Source of the DNA: Epithemia pelagica
Lineage: Eukaryota > Protista > Bacillariophyta
DNA length: 64,000 nt
Reading direction: 5' to 3'
Assembly (NCBI GenBank): GCA_946965045.2
Contig: OX337234.1
Span: 186,001-250,000, forward strand
Below, piece after piece: positions 10,401 through 21,602 of this stretch (positions are counted from its first letter, which is position 1; every line of letters starts with the position of its first letter). The notes beneath the pieces are model-generated. The model was not told the origin of the DNA. It saw nothing but the letters and a program-made list of their open reading frames with translations, and did no database searches. Position numbers and translations under genes: made by a program.

Positions 10401-13186
10401 TGACCAACGCTCTCATGAATGCCACTGGTTGCCCTGCCAACACCTGGCTTCTTTGCCTTGAGTATGTCTGTGACTTATTGAACCATACGTCATCACCCAC
10501 CCACTCCGGTCGCACTCCTCTTGAGGCTCTCTCCGGTCGCCCACCCGACATTACTCATCTCTTGTTCTTTCCTTTCTGGGATGAGGTTTACTACCGTGTC
10601 GACCCCGCTGAACCCAATTCCGGTTCATATCCATCTTCTTCTGATGAGAAACTTGGCCACTGGGTTGGTTTTGCTCACAACGTTGGTGATTCTTTTACTT
10701 GGAAAATTCTCACCCAGGATAACCAGATAATCTATCGTTCTGCCGTTCGCCGTGTTGAATCCACTACACCTAACCTACGTGTGGATCGACCTTCAGGGGA
10801 GGATTCGTCTGAGAAGGATGACAATGATAAGCAAGCTGACACTGTCTTCATTCGCAGTGATAGTGAAGACCCATCCAAACCAATGCCCACGATCGATTTT
10901 GACGACATGATAGGACGCACATTCCTATGCGACACAGAAGAAAATGGGGAGCGACACCGTGCACGTGTCATCAAACGAGTCATTGATCTTAATGAAGAAG
11001 CAACGAAACAGGAAGAACGTGTCAAGTACATTTACCGAAAGACAAATTCTGATGTTGATGAGATGATATCCTATAATCAACTCATGGAGTATATCGAACG
11101 AGATAACCAAGCTCAAACCTCTGGAGATAATCTTTTCAGGTTCAGGGATGTCATTGCCCATCAAGGCCCACTGAACACAACTGATCCAGATTACAAGGGG
11201 AGCAAATATAATTTGCTTGTTGATTGGGAAACTGGGGAGACTACCTATGAACCTTTATCACTCATCGCCAATGATGATCCGATCACTGTAGCAATTTATG
11301 GAAAGAAACATGGTTTACTCAACGAACCTGGATGGAAGCATTTGAAACGTTATGTCAAAACAAGCAAACGTCTCATTCGAGCAGCCAAACAGTCAAGGAT
11401 TAAACAAGTTCACCATTCCGTCAAGTATAAGTTTGGATTTCAAGTACCACGCAATTATGAGGAAGCTGTTGCTCTTGATAAACAACATGGCAACACAAAG
11501 TGGCAGGATGCAACAGAATTAGAATTGTCACAGATCCAGTCCTACAAGACATTCAAGGATTTTGGGAAAGCCATCTTCATTAAAGGGAAAGTATCCAATG
11601 CACCTGAAGGATATCATAAGATACGTGTGCATCTTGTCTTTGACGTAAAACATGATGGACGACATAAAGCAAGACTTGTCGCAGATGGACATCTCACAAA
11701 AGAACCTGTTGAGACAATCTATTCAGGTGTTGTTTCCATTCGCAACCTCCGCATTGCCTTATTCCTGGGTACTTTGAATGACTTGGAAATATGGGGAGCA
11801 GATATTGGAAATGCATATCTGGAAGCCTTGACAGGGGAGAAAATTTTCATTGTCGCAGGACCTGAATTCAAGGAATTAGAAGGTCACATCCTGATTATAT
11901 ACAAGGCACTTTATGGATTGAAGTCATCAGGCGCACGCTGGCATGATGTCTTATTCGATGTTTTGACAGACATGGGATTTTCACCAAGCAAAGCAGATCC
12001 GGATATCTGGATGAGGAAAGCACCTGGAGAAGACTGTTACGAATACATTGCCGTATACGTTGATGACTTAGCCATTATTTCTACTGATCCTGGGAATATC
12101 TGCAAGATCCTGAAGGAGAAATACAACTTCAAACTCAAAGGAGATGGACCTATTGATTTCCATTTGGGATGTTGTTACACCAAGGATTCTGATGGAACAT
12201 TCGTAGCAGATCCAAGACGCTACATTGGTAAGATGATGGACACTTTCGAACGAATCTTCAAGGAGAAACCCAAGAAAGCCAAAACACCTCTTATTGGTGG
12301 AGACCATCCTGAATTGGATGATTCTGAGCTCCTTGATGAAGAAGGTACTAGCCATTTCCAAACTCTGATTGGACAACTCCAATGGGTGATCACTATTGGT
12401 CGTTTCGACGTCTTCACCGCTACAATGACGCTATCACGCTTTCGTGCTGCTCCGAGGAAAGGACATCTTGATAGAGCCAAGCGTATCTATGGATACCTTG
12501 CACATCTCCCAGAAGGCGCAATCAGATTTAGGATTGGAGAGCCTGATTATTCAAGTCTTCCTACCCAAGAATTTGATTGGACTCGCACTGTCTATTCGAA
12601 TGCAAGTGAACGTATTCCTGAAGACTGCCCAACACCTCTTGGCCGCTATGTTACCACAACTCATTATGTTGATGCCAATCTCATGCATGACATAGTCACT
12701 GGTAAATCCGTCACTGCTGTTCTACATTTGTTGAACGGAACACCTATTGACTGGTACAGCAAGAGACAGAGCACGGTGGAAACTGCTACCTATGGATCCG
12801 AGTTTGTGGCTGCAAGGACAGCAATAGATCAGATTACAGAATTACGACATTCTCTCCGCTACCTTGGAGTACCTATCCGAGAGCGAAGTTACTTGTACGG
12901 AGATAACAGATCTGTTGTGCTCAATGCAACCGTTCCTCACTCCATACTATCCAAGAGACACCATCTTCTGTCATACCACCGAGTTCGTGAAGCCATCGCA
13001 GCAAAGTATGTTGCATTCTACTGGAAAGATGGAAAGACCAACCCTGCCGATATCCTTAGCAAACATTGGGATTTCGTATCTATTTGGCCCATGCTCAAGC
13101 CATTGTTGTTTTGGAAAGGAGAAGTTCAAGATCTCAACAAATCCAATGATGACAAGGCTGAAACGACGAGTTGTGGGGAGTGTTAG
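7499..13186 (+). CDS. Copia gag-pol polyprotein (1895 aa)
   Basis: Protease LIDRGANGG; integrase TDSVF/ISDGG/AENRY; RT LYGLKSSG and YVDDL; RNase H YVDANL..YGSEFVA..NPADILSK. Stop codon lies inside the 3' LTR. Confidence 0.97.
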   Translation: MDPQSPKTPTTPKGEDNQDNVSDTDLFDHIIFTVCQFFTKERADYLMKWMKYHGFENITHVISYMQTNTEESMKELTQYKVNKQTHDLQGPTRQQIKLLAYWATYKTNEIQDELSNSDWMNLTRKEFNTWRINTDFSKGPPSQVPVSPMKSPSSVKSVSTVTAASQSQQDLTAFRKGTKRDATAYEVFKDERYYDSFWRVFKTTAKAQGLSNVLNFKYTPPHDDEYAEELFQEQQVFLYSVLVRIIQTDQGRAYVREHEHDEDARAVLQKLHSLHTESDLAKREVLRLTNYISNLRLDDTWRGTTRQFLLHFQEQLRLLDNLVTLSDRIPDHTRMTFLMQAVEKVPDLRRVKILDNVVNTKSGAKSLCYQSYFRLLLDAAYDHDQATQSSVHSRRRHVKQHESLYGQDTDADITSQDDMEYHVHNTKATSESPSSSSKVSLPRDLWFKLSEEDRKLIIEYNKMIQAPSSTTPRTVQTHALDIDPEPDPDPNQVASDDDSPGVVPEHSDDSDPVTQFINQAMTTDINHPATDLTSVLSNAKSKTSKKVTFKANMHKQAGHVPRYLFSRKSTLPGNQLIDRGANGGLAGSDMRILSKTGRHITIVGIDNHELTGLPVVTCAAKFETNDGPIVGIFNEYAYYGKGLSIHAPGQFEHFGLAVDERSVKVDGKQRITTLDGRAIPLHIKDGLAYIHSLGIPSDDDMDTLPQIIFTSPDTWDPGVLDHSYSPTPSDNDPDWKHVKTDGSMSNHPYDNYGEYTDRVVCNLNLLLDLPYDHGPDDAPFFSIYADAEGNDPTLHASVHRRYQEAYDWKKFRPFFGWQSEDVIADTFKHTTRNGSITFDHDTLKKHFKARNPVLNIPRRHEPVATDSVFSDTPAVDHGGKVAQIFVGRDTLVTDIYGIKSTKQFVNTLQDNIRFRGAMETLISDGGSSLISQKVKDILRTLLIGEYRSEPYHQHQNKAENRYQTVKRMTNALMNATGCPANTWLLCLEYVCDLLNHTSSPTHSGRTPLEALSGRPPDITHLLFFPFWDEVYYRVDPAEPNSGSYPSSSDEKLGHWVGFAHNVGDSFTWKILTQDNQIIYRSAVRRVESTTPNLRVDRPSGEDSSEKDDNDKQADTVFIRSDSEDPSKPMPTIDFDDMIGRTFLCDTEENGERHRARVIKRVIDLNEEATKQEERVKYIYRKTNSDVDEMISYNQLMEYIERDNQAQTSGDNLFRFRDVIAHQGPLNTTDPDYKGSKYNLLVDWETGETTYEPLSLIANDDPITVAIYGKKHGLLNEPGWKHLKRYVKTSKRLIRAAKQSRIKQVHHSVKYKFGFQVPRNYEEAVALDKQHGNTKWQDATELELSQIQSYKTFKDFGKAIFIKGKVSNAPEGYHKIRVHLVFDVKHDGRHKARLVADGHLTKEPVETIYSGVVSIRNLRIALFLGTLNDLEIWGADIGNAYLEALTGEKIFIVAGPEFKELEGHILIIYKALYGLKSSGARWHDVLFDVLTDMGFSPSKADPDIWMRKAPGEDCYEYIAVYVDDLAIISTDPGNICKILKEKYNFKLKGDGPIDFHLGCCYTKDSDGTFVADPRRYIGKMMDTFERIFKEKPKKAKTPLIGGDHPELDDSELLDEEGTSHFQTLIGQLQWVITIGRFDVFTATMTLSRFRAAPRKGHLDRAKRIYGYLAHLPEGAIRFRIGEPDYSSLPTQEFDWTRTVYSNASERIPEDCPTPLGRYVTTTHYVDANLMHDIVTGKSVTAVLHLLNGTPIDWYSKRQSTVETATYGSEFVAARTAIDQITELRHSLRYLGVPIRERSYLYGDNRSVVLNATVPHSILSKRHHLLSYHRVREAIAAKYVAFYWKDGKTNPADILSKHWDFVSIWPMLKPLLFWKGEVQDLNKSNDDKAETTSCGEC

Positions 13187-13963
13187 AATTCTTACCGTCT
13201 ATGGTGGTTAGATTCTACATCTCATCGATTCCCCATGTCACATAGCCTCGTGCTATTGCATCATGCCCTCTAGCTTCGAGCTATGTTTCCTAGCTTCGCG
13301 CTATATCGACCTATATTTCTTCGCAAATCATGAAAAGTGAGAATAGATTGACGAACTCACTCTCAAGACTAAACTGGGTCGTGCGGTATTACAACGGACA
13401 TAAATTTGGCCGTTGCTCGGACATTATACTAACGCCCTAAGCGTACGCGCCCGAAATCATCGAGCGCGCCCAAGCGACATCCGAGCGCTATCGGCATCTA
13501 TCCGATCCAACGGTCTAAGTATCCCAAGCACGACACACGATCACGCGAGACCATATTTCCATTCCCACAATCTCCAAATTGTCAACAAGCTGCGCGCCAT
13601 GAAAACAACTATGCCAACCCAAAGCAAGAGCTGTTGACCCTGTATATGTTATCCGCCCACATATACATGTCATATACATCACATGAATCAACTCCAACTA
13701 TTCCAAACCTGTTGCCGCCAAGAACCTATGACACATGACCCTTGGCAGGACCGAACATTTCACGTAGACCTATCGTAGTAATCAACACACAATCTAACAA
13801 TATCACCATTTATCACATCCTCTTTTGTGTCCCGACTATCCTTCTGATAGACTTCGACTTGCTTGCTTCTCTGACCCTGAGAAGCTTGTATCGGTTGGTG
13901 ACCTACCTGATTGTCTGCTCTACCGAGCATCAATGTCCCTACGATTCAGAAAGAATTGTAACA
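13181..13963 (+). repeat. 3' LTR (783 bp)
   Basis: As above; preceded by the short purine tract GGGGAG (13175-13180). Confidence 0.97.
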
Positions 13964-14353
13964 GGTCCGAGTGCTGGCATTTTGATTTTTTCTGTTGAAT
14001 TTTCCAGACGAATAAAAAACCGATTTCCATGGTGAGACTTTGTATTCCGGCCAACATTGTGGGCGATGGAATCCAGAGTCTTCCCATTGGCTGAGACAAT
14101 TTTGATAATACAGTGAAGCTTGTTGTAGTGTCCCATGCCTCGCTGATTTGTTCAGGGCGTCATCTTCTAGAGGCTGTAGTCCCAATCCTGGTTGGCCCAT
14201 GTCTGTGCGACGTCTTCCAGTACTCTCATATCGATACAGAATGCCAAAAATAGCATACATGTATCCAGTTTTGCGAAGAGTATGCGTCCCAACAGTACAT
14301 TGGGAAGGGTCAAAATCCGAATTCGATCCAGAAAATTGAAAGACTAAAACTTT
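13964..14353 (-). CDS. Tyrosine recombinase, exon 2 (5' part, up to the copia insertion)
   Basis: After a 67-bp intron (14354-14420, ..TTCACAG acceptor) reads KVLVFQ..GTHTLRKTGY (HxxR)..SARHGTLQQASLYY (H..Y)..STRT; 390 nt in frame. Confidence 0.85.
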
Positions 14354-14420
14354 CTGTGAAAAAAACAGTACGGTAAGCGATGTCTCACTGGCAAGTTTAT
14401 TCGCAGGTGAATAAACTTAC

Positions 14421-15758
14421 CTTAATTTCTTTTAATAACCTGCGATACGGATATTCTTTGGTTGACCAGTTATACGGTAGGGATTTACCATCGACATGTG
14501 CCTGGAGTAATTCGGGTCGGGGGAAAAGATAGGGCCCAGGAAGTTTCGCGGCTGCAAGATAGACCAAAAGGGCGCGAACCGGGCAAAACTCTGGGTTTTC
14601 GTCATCCCGATATAAAGACAAGCACTGTTCCACTTTGTCGGCCTTGCCCAATACCCAGAGTACTATTTGGTCCACACGTTTCTCTTTCCGAAGCACAACG
14701 AAACATTCCTTCCGGAACTGGGATAGACGAAGCGAACAAACTTCTTGTGCCCTTAGGAAAAGGTGAATACCGACCAACATCATGCACCATAATTGCATAT
14801 TCATGATGTCGTTCGATCTGGAAAGTAGATGTGCCCTTACCTGACGAAGCTGTTTCGTTGTTATATGTAACGCACCACGGATGTAATGGTTCGCGCGCAA
14901 ATGGTTCTGGACCCGGTTAAACATTGAAATGCAGAGTTTGTGGTACGTTGGACAGCCACGTGGACGTAAGCGAGGATACATACATCCCCCACAGTTGAGG
15001 AACTCCCTGTCTTCCGAACAGGCCCAGTTAATTTTACCTTTTGCTTCATTTTTTTTTATGCACTTTTCACACGTGCCGATATAGGCGAGTGACATGTCTT
15101 CCAAGCAAAAGGAGTTATGTAGTGTACGAATAGCAACGCGACATTTTCGTACATTTGTTGGGTCCGACCAACCGTTTTTCTTGACAATACGCCCGTTACG
15201 CTCCACACTGTCACACGAACCGGTAACAATCTTGCCAGCACGAGTGCCGTGCACGTACACGACACAATTATTATTGAAATCAACGACGTTGGTCAAACGG
15301 TCGAATGATTTATACTGGTAGAATAACGCCAGTGTCACAGGATTCGCAGGTAGGGGATTCTTCGGACGAAGCTTGTCATTGCAGATGGTCGCAGTTCGCA
15401 TGTCATCCAACAAATACGCAAATCGACCCAATTCACGCCAATAACGCGGATACTCACGGAGTGATTTATCTTCGCCATTGGACGAACCGCGAAGTTGGAA
15501 GCGGACTGTGTATTGGAAGTCGATCTCTGGAGGAGTCATTGCCTCCTCTGCTATATAGCTTTTAATTAGACTCTCCATTTCGATTTCCTCCTCTTTCGAT
15601 AGCTTCGTAGCCACCACTTCGCCTTCCTCGCGAGGACGAAAGTGAGTTTCCACGAGTTCAACTGTTGTTGCTGCGGTTGCTTCGCTAGTCATTGTCTTTT
15701 CTAGTTTTGATAGGATGTAGAAAGGATCAAATGACTTTTTATGATTGTTACAACTCAT
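14421..15758 (-). CDS. Tyrosine recombinase (Crypton-like), exon 1
   Basis: LFLRAQEVCSL (catalytic Arg box), GKADK, FCPVRALLVYL; GTAAGT donor at 14420 in phase 0. Confidence 0.85.
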
Positions 15759-16032
15759 TAGAAGTGTTTGATTGTTGAAAAGGAGATCTTTTTGCCATGG
15801 ATGTGTCAGAGGTCGTCTACAAGACGATCATTGGGAAGTTCGGAATTGGTGGGGCTATAAATTCATGCCAAGGATGGCACGGTATCCGCGATTCAACGGA
15901 GATCAAATCGTGTTGGGTCACTGGTTGGTTCACTGTTGGGTCAGTGTTGGGTTATAGGTATTTTTATAGCGTCAACTGTAGTGTCTTACGCGATATTTTA
16001 CTATATATACTAAGAGAACAAAGAGGATAACG

Positions 16033-17665
16033 ATGGGTTGGAGAAACCAAACAGAAGACTCGCTCGATGATAAGGTTCCGGCTATTGAGGAAACAATGAA
16101 GATGCCTGTGATGACCAGCGACAGTGCGGTCCTTGGAGATGGTGGTGATCCCACAACAAGCATTCCTTGGACCGATTCATATTTTGACAATAAGGTGGAT
16201 CCATCCGACTTGATTGCTGTCTTTGATTATGATCGGATCAGTGAGATACGATCTTTGAATCAAGAGGCCTTCTGTGCCACTTTCGCGACCTTTCCATTCA
16301 TGATCATTCTTGATACCTTGGCTATTGTACAAGGTGAGTGGGGTTCTGTTGTCTTCTTCACTGCATTGTTTTTGACGATGGGGGCTTTGCTAGGAGGAAT
16401 TTGTTCTTACGAAGCTGTGGTTGCTGAAAGACCATTATGAGTGGTGATCATCCGCACGTCGCACTTACTCGAAATGGTATTCGGATCGATACCGACAGCT
16501 CTAATTTTGGCTATGTCACGGTAAGTAAGCTCCATTTGCTCACTTATATCAGTACTGCTTGTTCCATTTATTAACTTATACTTTCTTCGTGCTGCTGTAA
16601 GATACCATATGAGAATATTGACAAGCTAGATGTTCATCAGGGTCGTGCTAAAGTTCTGATTGTATCGAAAGACCGTTCCAAGCAACAAACGCCATATCTA
16701 GTGGATACTCATGGTTTCGTCGCCATGGTTCAACACCAGATGGATTGTCATTTGAGTCAACAAAACGATTCTGCCGACAAAATAGAGGCAACAGAGATCT
16801 GTGACAAAACGTCCCTTGGTGAAGCCGATCGTATCACCTCCTCTTGGACTGATTCATATTTCGACGACAAGATCAAGCCATCCGACTTGATCACTGTCTT
16901 CGATTATGATCGAAAGAGTAAATTGCGATGTGTGAATCGAGTTTTTGGCACCATTGCCATAGTGTCTGCATTCTATTTCTTGTTGATGGGTTGGTTGGTG
17001 GCACCGAACATTGGAGACAATGCTCTTGTTAACGCGACTGTACGATTTGTTCTTCCCATGTTTCTGTTTGAAGGATGTCTTTCATGTCTCTATGTTTCTT
17101 CTCTACGGCAAGTTAATGGCGATGATCATCCTCATGTTGCTCTTACACGGAAAGGGATTCGGATAGATCACAAAAGCTCGAATTCTGGCTATCGCACGGT
17201 ATGTTTACAATTGAACTATATTGGTTGCTTCCTTCATGTTTAGTACACCTAACCCTGCTTCATGTCGGTAATCCTACCTTTTACTTTCCTTTGTCGCTGC
17301 TGGTGCTCCTGAAAGATACCATATGAGAGTATAGACAACGTCTATGTCAGCTATGATTGTGGCGTGCCAGAAACTACTGTTTGGAAAGACAAACCTTTGG
17401 AGGGGTCGTCGATGCGATTATCTGCATCCAAGAGTTCCGAAGAGTCGACGTCCTGGGAATAGCTATACAGTGCGGAGGGATAATTCCCACCGTACTGTAT
17501 AGCTATTCCCAGGACGTCGACTCTTCGGAACTCTTGGATGCAGATAATCGCATCGACGACCCCTCCAAAATCACTCCCGAAGTAAATCTTCATTGCCATG
17601 GTACTACGCCAAGTGGATTCTCGACGAGAGACTTTATCTTATGAAGCGGCAGAAACAGCATAAAC
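16033..17665 (+). pseudogene. Second, disrupted paralog of the repeated-module membrane protein
   Basis: Same motifs and intron positions as 2-1235; frameshift near 16430 (AERPL* instead of IMSGDHPH); last exon interrupted by the 17396-17569 hairpin, which introduces a stop. Confidence 0.7.
17396..17569. repeat. Near-perfect inverted repeat, 85-bp arms, 4-nt loop (TAAT), 2 mismatches
   Basis: 17396-17480 vs 17485-17569; absent from the paralog at ~1135-1165. Confidence 0.95.
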
Positions 17666-18838
17666 AACACCAAGGCTCAGCAAGATAATGGTTCTGGTGG
17701 CCACTGTGACCCTTCGAGAATACCAAAGGGCACTTGCCCATGTTGGGAGGGACATGCGTACCAGCTCTCTGGACGTCTATCCAGCATGGACTTTGGATCA
17801 AGACACGCAAGAACGCGATTACAAGCCACCAAATACGTTTCCATCCAAGTCATGACCGAATTCGACCGGTTGCCCAAGAAATAAGAATGGTGGACAAATG
17901 GATACGCACAATTGTTGCCCACTTATGTATATCCCCATTCTTCTTTGTTTGTCAAGCTTTGTATACCACCAAACTGGAGTCGGAGAAACAGCATCCACAA
18001 GTCGAACCTGTCGCGCAAAAAACGAAGGTCACCAAGATAGTGGCCATCAAGAGGGGCGACTACTCCAAAACGCACGTACCCCAGACTCCCTTCTTATGGA
18101 TCCTACACCAACGAGTTGCATGTCATTTCTATGGGCGTGAAAGCAGGCCTTGTTCCTCATCACTGGGAATATGGCCTACCTGCAGACAACCTATATCCTA
18201 CTAACAGAGAATTGTTAATGTGTACTAGGAGTATCTGTTTGGTTCCACGCAGACATTCTTTACTCGTTGCGATTCGGTACGGAGGAACGTCTCCGGGACA
18301 ATCCGTAATCCGTAGCTCTCATGTTCCCAGCTGTACCTAGGTAGGTAGGAGTAGGCAATTGAAATTACAAGTAACTAGACGAGCAAGAGGATGTGCCAAT
18401 ATTGTGTTGGTAGGTAGACAAGGTAGGTTTCGGAGGATCCGAGTCCCGTTGAGGTACGCCCGCCGGCATTTCTCCGAATTCTTGGCAACACGAACGCCGT
18501 TTGCAATTATTTGCAATTTGCAAGTCTTCTCCCGTTCAAATTTTGACAGACACGGAGTACGGCGTCGCTGTGTCTACGAGGAGTTGTTCTCGAACGACAA
18601 TTATCCGACGCCCGTCGATCGTGTCACCAATATTTGAAGCGAGACGAAATTTTGTAGTCCGCGCGCCATGCCATCAAACCCAAAAAATGGTTCGGTCACA
18701 ATTTCCAAAAAACGACACACCGAGAACACGAGAACTCAAAGTGTCTCTCCCAATTTTTCGATTGAACCGCAAGCAAAAGTATCCTACTGTGTAACGACTG
18801 CATCCACATCCTCCTTTTTGGTTCCATACAACACTACC

Positions 18839-20513
18839 ATGTGGACTCGTTCGGTTGGCGCTCTTGTTTCTGTGTTGGCCTGCACCAGTTCGGCTACTAC
18901 TACTACTTTGGAATCGACTGGTCCGACGCTGGACTTTACGACCTTGCCCGGTTCCGAAGGGTTGTGTTCGCCTCGCAAATTGTCGGCTCTCCACAATGTC
19001 TTGTACGTGGCCAATTCGGGCATTGGTGGCGTCACGGCCGACGATCGACAGTATTGTGCCTTGGAACGAGGCTTTTTGTCCTGCATGGGACCCACCTCGT
19101 CCGTCTCCGCCTTTTCCCTTGCAACGACTGGAGCAGAACGACGCGAGGTGGTGACGAACCTGTTTAGTTCCCGCATTGTCGAGGGGGTCTTGTTTGAAAC
19201 CCAATCCACGGGCGCGCACCATGCCGTTCCCGATGCCACGCGGTACGATCAAAAGGGACAACCCATTCTCTATGTTGTGGTGGGATTGGGCATGAATGCG
19301 ACGGAATTGCGTCGAGATGGCATTGAACAAGCCGTCGGTGCCTTTGGAGCCATTGTCGAGGCCAATTTGTACCAGCAAACGGCTCTGCCCTGGGTCTATC
19401 CCTGGGAAGATGAATATGCCAATGATTATGACAACAGTGGGGACGATACCGATTCGGGCATTTTGCCCGTCCCCAATTCGAATCCCTACCATTTGTTGAT
19501 TCGCAAGAACAAGTTTTATGTGGTACGTTTTCCCCCGACAAAAATAGAGAACTCAGAATGAATGGTGTTGTTGTGGTTTGGAGAGATCTCATTGTTCAGT
19601 GTTTGTTGTTGTTATGGTTCCTACATGTATGTCGGTCTGTTTCTTGCTGTTGTTATTGATGTTGGTGTTCCGGTAGATTGATGCGGGTGCCAATGCCGTC
19701 TTGATTTATCAACGAAAACCGAATGGTTGGTCTGAAACGGGCGAGGATCCCGTCGTCTTGGTCTTGCCCAAATTGTCCAGTCCGACCAATCCCGAATACG
19801 AAGTGGAATTTGTCCCCACCGCCCTGGCAACCCGGCCCGGTCATGACAATCAACTCTATATTTCCGCCTTGGCGGGGGCACCGTGGACGGAACCCGTGGC
19901 ACAACTCTTTCAAGTCGATTTGGACCATGACGGCTATCCCAAACCCGACACTTTGCGCGTCGTGCCCGGTGGTCCCTATTATGCCATTGCCGATTTTTCC
20001 TTTGCCGACGAATCGACCATTTACATTTTGGAAACCAATCCCGGCGTGCCCTTTATTCCCTTTGCCGGTCGCTTGTCGCAAGTCACCTTATATGACGACG
20101 ACGACGACAATGAAATGGCCACGAGCGTGACGGTCGAAACGACGCTGCCCTTGGTGGCACCCTCGGGCATTGTCGTCTACAACCATGCCATTTACATTAC
20201 CAACCGTACCTTTACGCCGTCCGGATTTGATGGCACCTGTACCGGTCACATTGTTGTGGCTGCCCTCCCCAAGAAGGGTCCCGAAAAAAAGAGTGGCAAA
20301 AAGGAAAAGAGTGGCGACGATAAGGGTGGCAAAAAGGAAACGAAGAAAATGAGCGACAAGAAGAAGAAGATGAGTGACTACGACGACAAGAGTGGCAAAA
20401 AAGAAAAGGGCGGCAAAGAAAAGGATACAAGTGGCAAAATGAAACACAAGAGTGACGGTGGCAAAACGGAAGCCAAGAGTGACAAGAAGAATGGATCCAA
20501 GGGGTATTATTAG
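18839..20513 (+). CDS. Secreted ScyD/ScyE-family-like beta-propeller protein with Lys/Gly-rich C-terminal tail; intron 19523-19676
   Basis: Signal-like MWTRSVGALVSVLAC; SPRKL..LYVANSGIGG, SNPYHL, FYV|IDAGANAV (joined by splicing), VPTALA..LYISALAG, LVAPSGI..IYITN; tail KKSGKKEKSG...SKGYY. Confidence 0.75.
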
Positions 20514-21602
20514 TAACGAAAACGTGGCGTGAACCAAACAAAGAGTGTCTGCTGGGCGTGTGTGTGTGTGTGTGCATGGGGCGGGGGGTTGTCTCTGGAT
20601 CCATTCTTCTTCACGACGAGCCTATTATGAGTCTGACCCAGCAGGTGTGGGGACGATTGCTACTCGACGGCTGCGGTGGGTTCCCCAGTCTCTTTCTCTC
20701 GATCTCGACTATACTATACTATGCTCTGCTCTATTCTATTCTATCCTGCACACACAGGAGGGGTGTCGTGTTTCGTTGCGTTCTTCTACGACTATTATCG
20801 TCGATGGGCTATAATATATATCTATATTGATGATTCTGATTCTCAGAGTTACATATTCCTTTTCAAAAACACATCCAACACAATCGTTACACGATCCCAG
20901 AGCATGGAGAGGGTCTACCTAGGTAGACTATGGGAGCAGGCTAGCAGACAGATAGCGCCATGGTCAATCAATAGAAGAGGAGTCCCTCCACTAGATAAAA
21001 GGAGTCGTATCACATGAAGATGGTTACTCCTCTCCATTGCCCGGCGATTTGAAGAAGATCGAGCCAAAGACTCTACTACCCATAGACACAATAGGCCATT
21101 CTCTCTCATTCTTCAGATTCATTCGCTTTCCAGTCGCGTGTCGGCAAAGTTGAAGTTGCTGCCAGGCTCAAAGAGTACCAGACCAGCTGTGTGCGCGATC
21201 CGCCATCACGATCGAATCCAAACGGCGGCAAAGAACAACCACCACAACACAACAAAACAACATTGGAGAGAAACAACACAACCAAAGCGACAGAGAACAA
21301 GTACACTACCCATTCTCTCTCTCTCTCTCTTAACGACCGATAAGCACAACAACAACAAGAGACGAGAGCTCCTAGTAGAGAGCAGGTAGTTCTGGAACGG
21401 AAGCAGTGTGTGTGTGGAACGGGCGAGATTCTTTGAAAAAGCACGAGATTCTATTATACAGTGCCAGCAAACAAACAAGAAGGGGTTGCTCGGTTCGCCT
21501 CTACTGCCTAGGAGGATTGGTGACACACCAACTACCACCACCGCCACCAAAACGACTCGAGACGTGTGTGCTTCTTTCAATCGTCACAATTCCAACGACA
21601 CG

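Larger units (their letters stand above)
5580..13963 (+). mobile_element. Full-length Ty1/copia LTR retrotransposon (diatom CoDi-like), 8384 bp
   Basis: Two LTRs (TGTTA...TAACA), 5-bp TSD GGTCC at 5575-5579 and 13964-13968, gag-PR-IN-RT-RNaseH domain order. Confidence 0.97.
2833..15990 (-). mobile_element. Putative Crypton-like tyrosine-recombinase element (boundaries uncertain) with nested copia
   Basis: Intron-containing YR gene with no RT, orphan ORFs, hairpin at the left; lies between two paralogous host-gene copies. Ends are estimates only. Confidence 0.45.

Noticed and set aside
2780-16030. TATGG-type CryptonS termini
   Set aside because: I found no such direct repeats at plausible ends, so element boundaries remain unassigned.
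18674-19492. 272-aa antisense ORF
   Set aside because: Shadow of the ScyD/ScyE-like gene, whose motifs and splicing support the plus strand.
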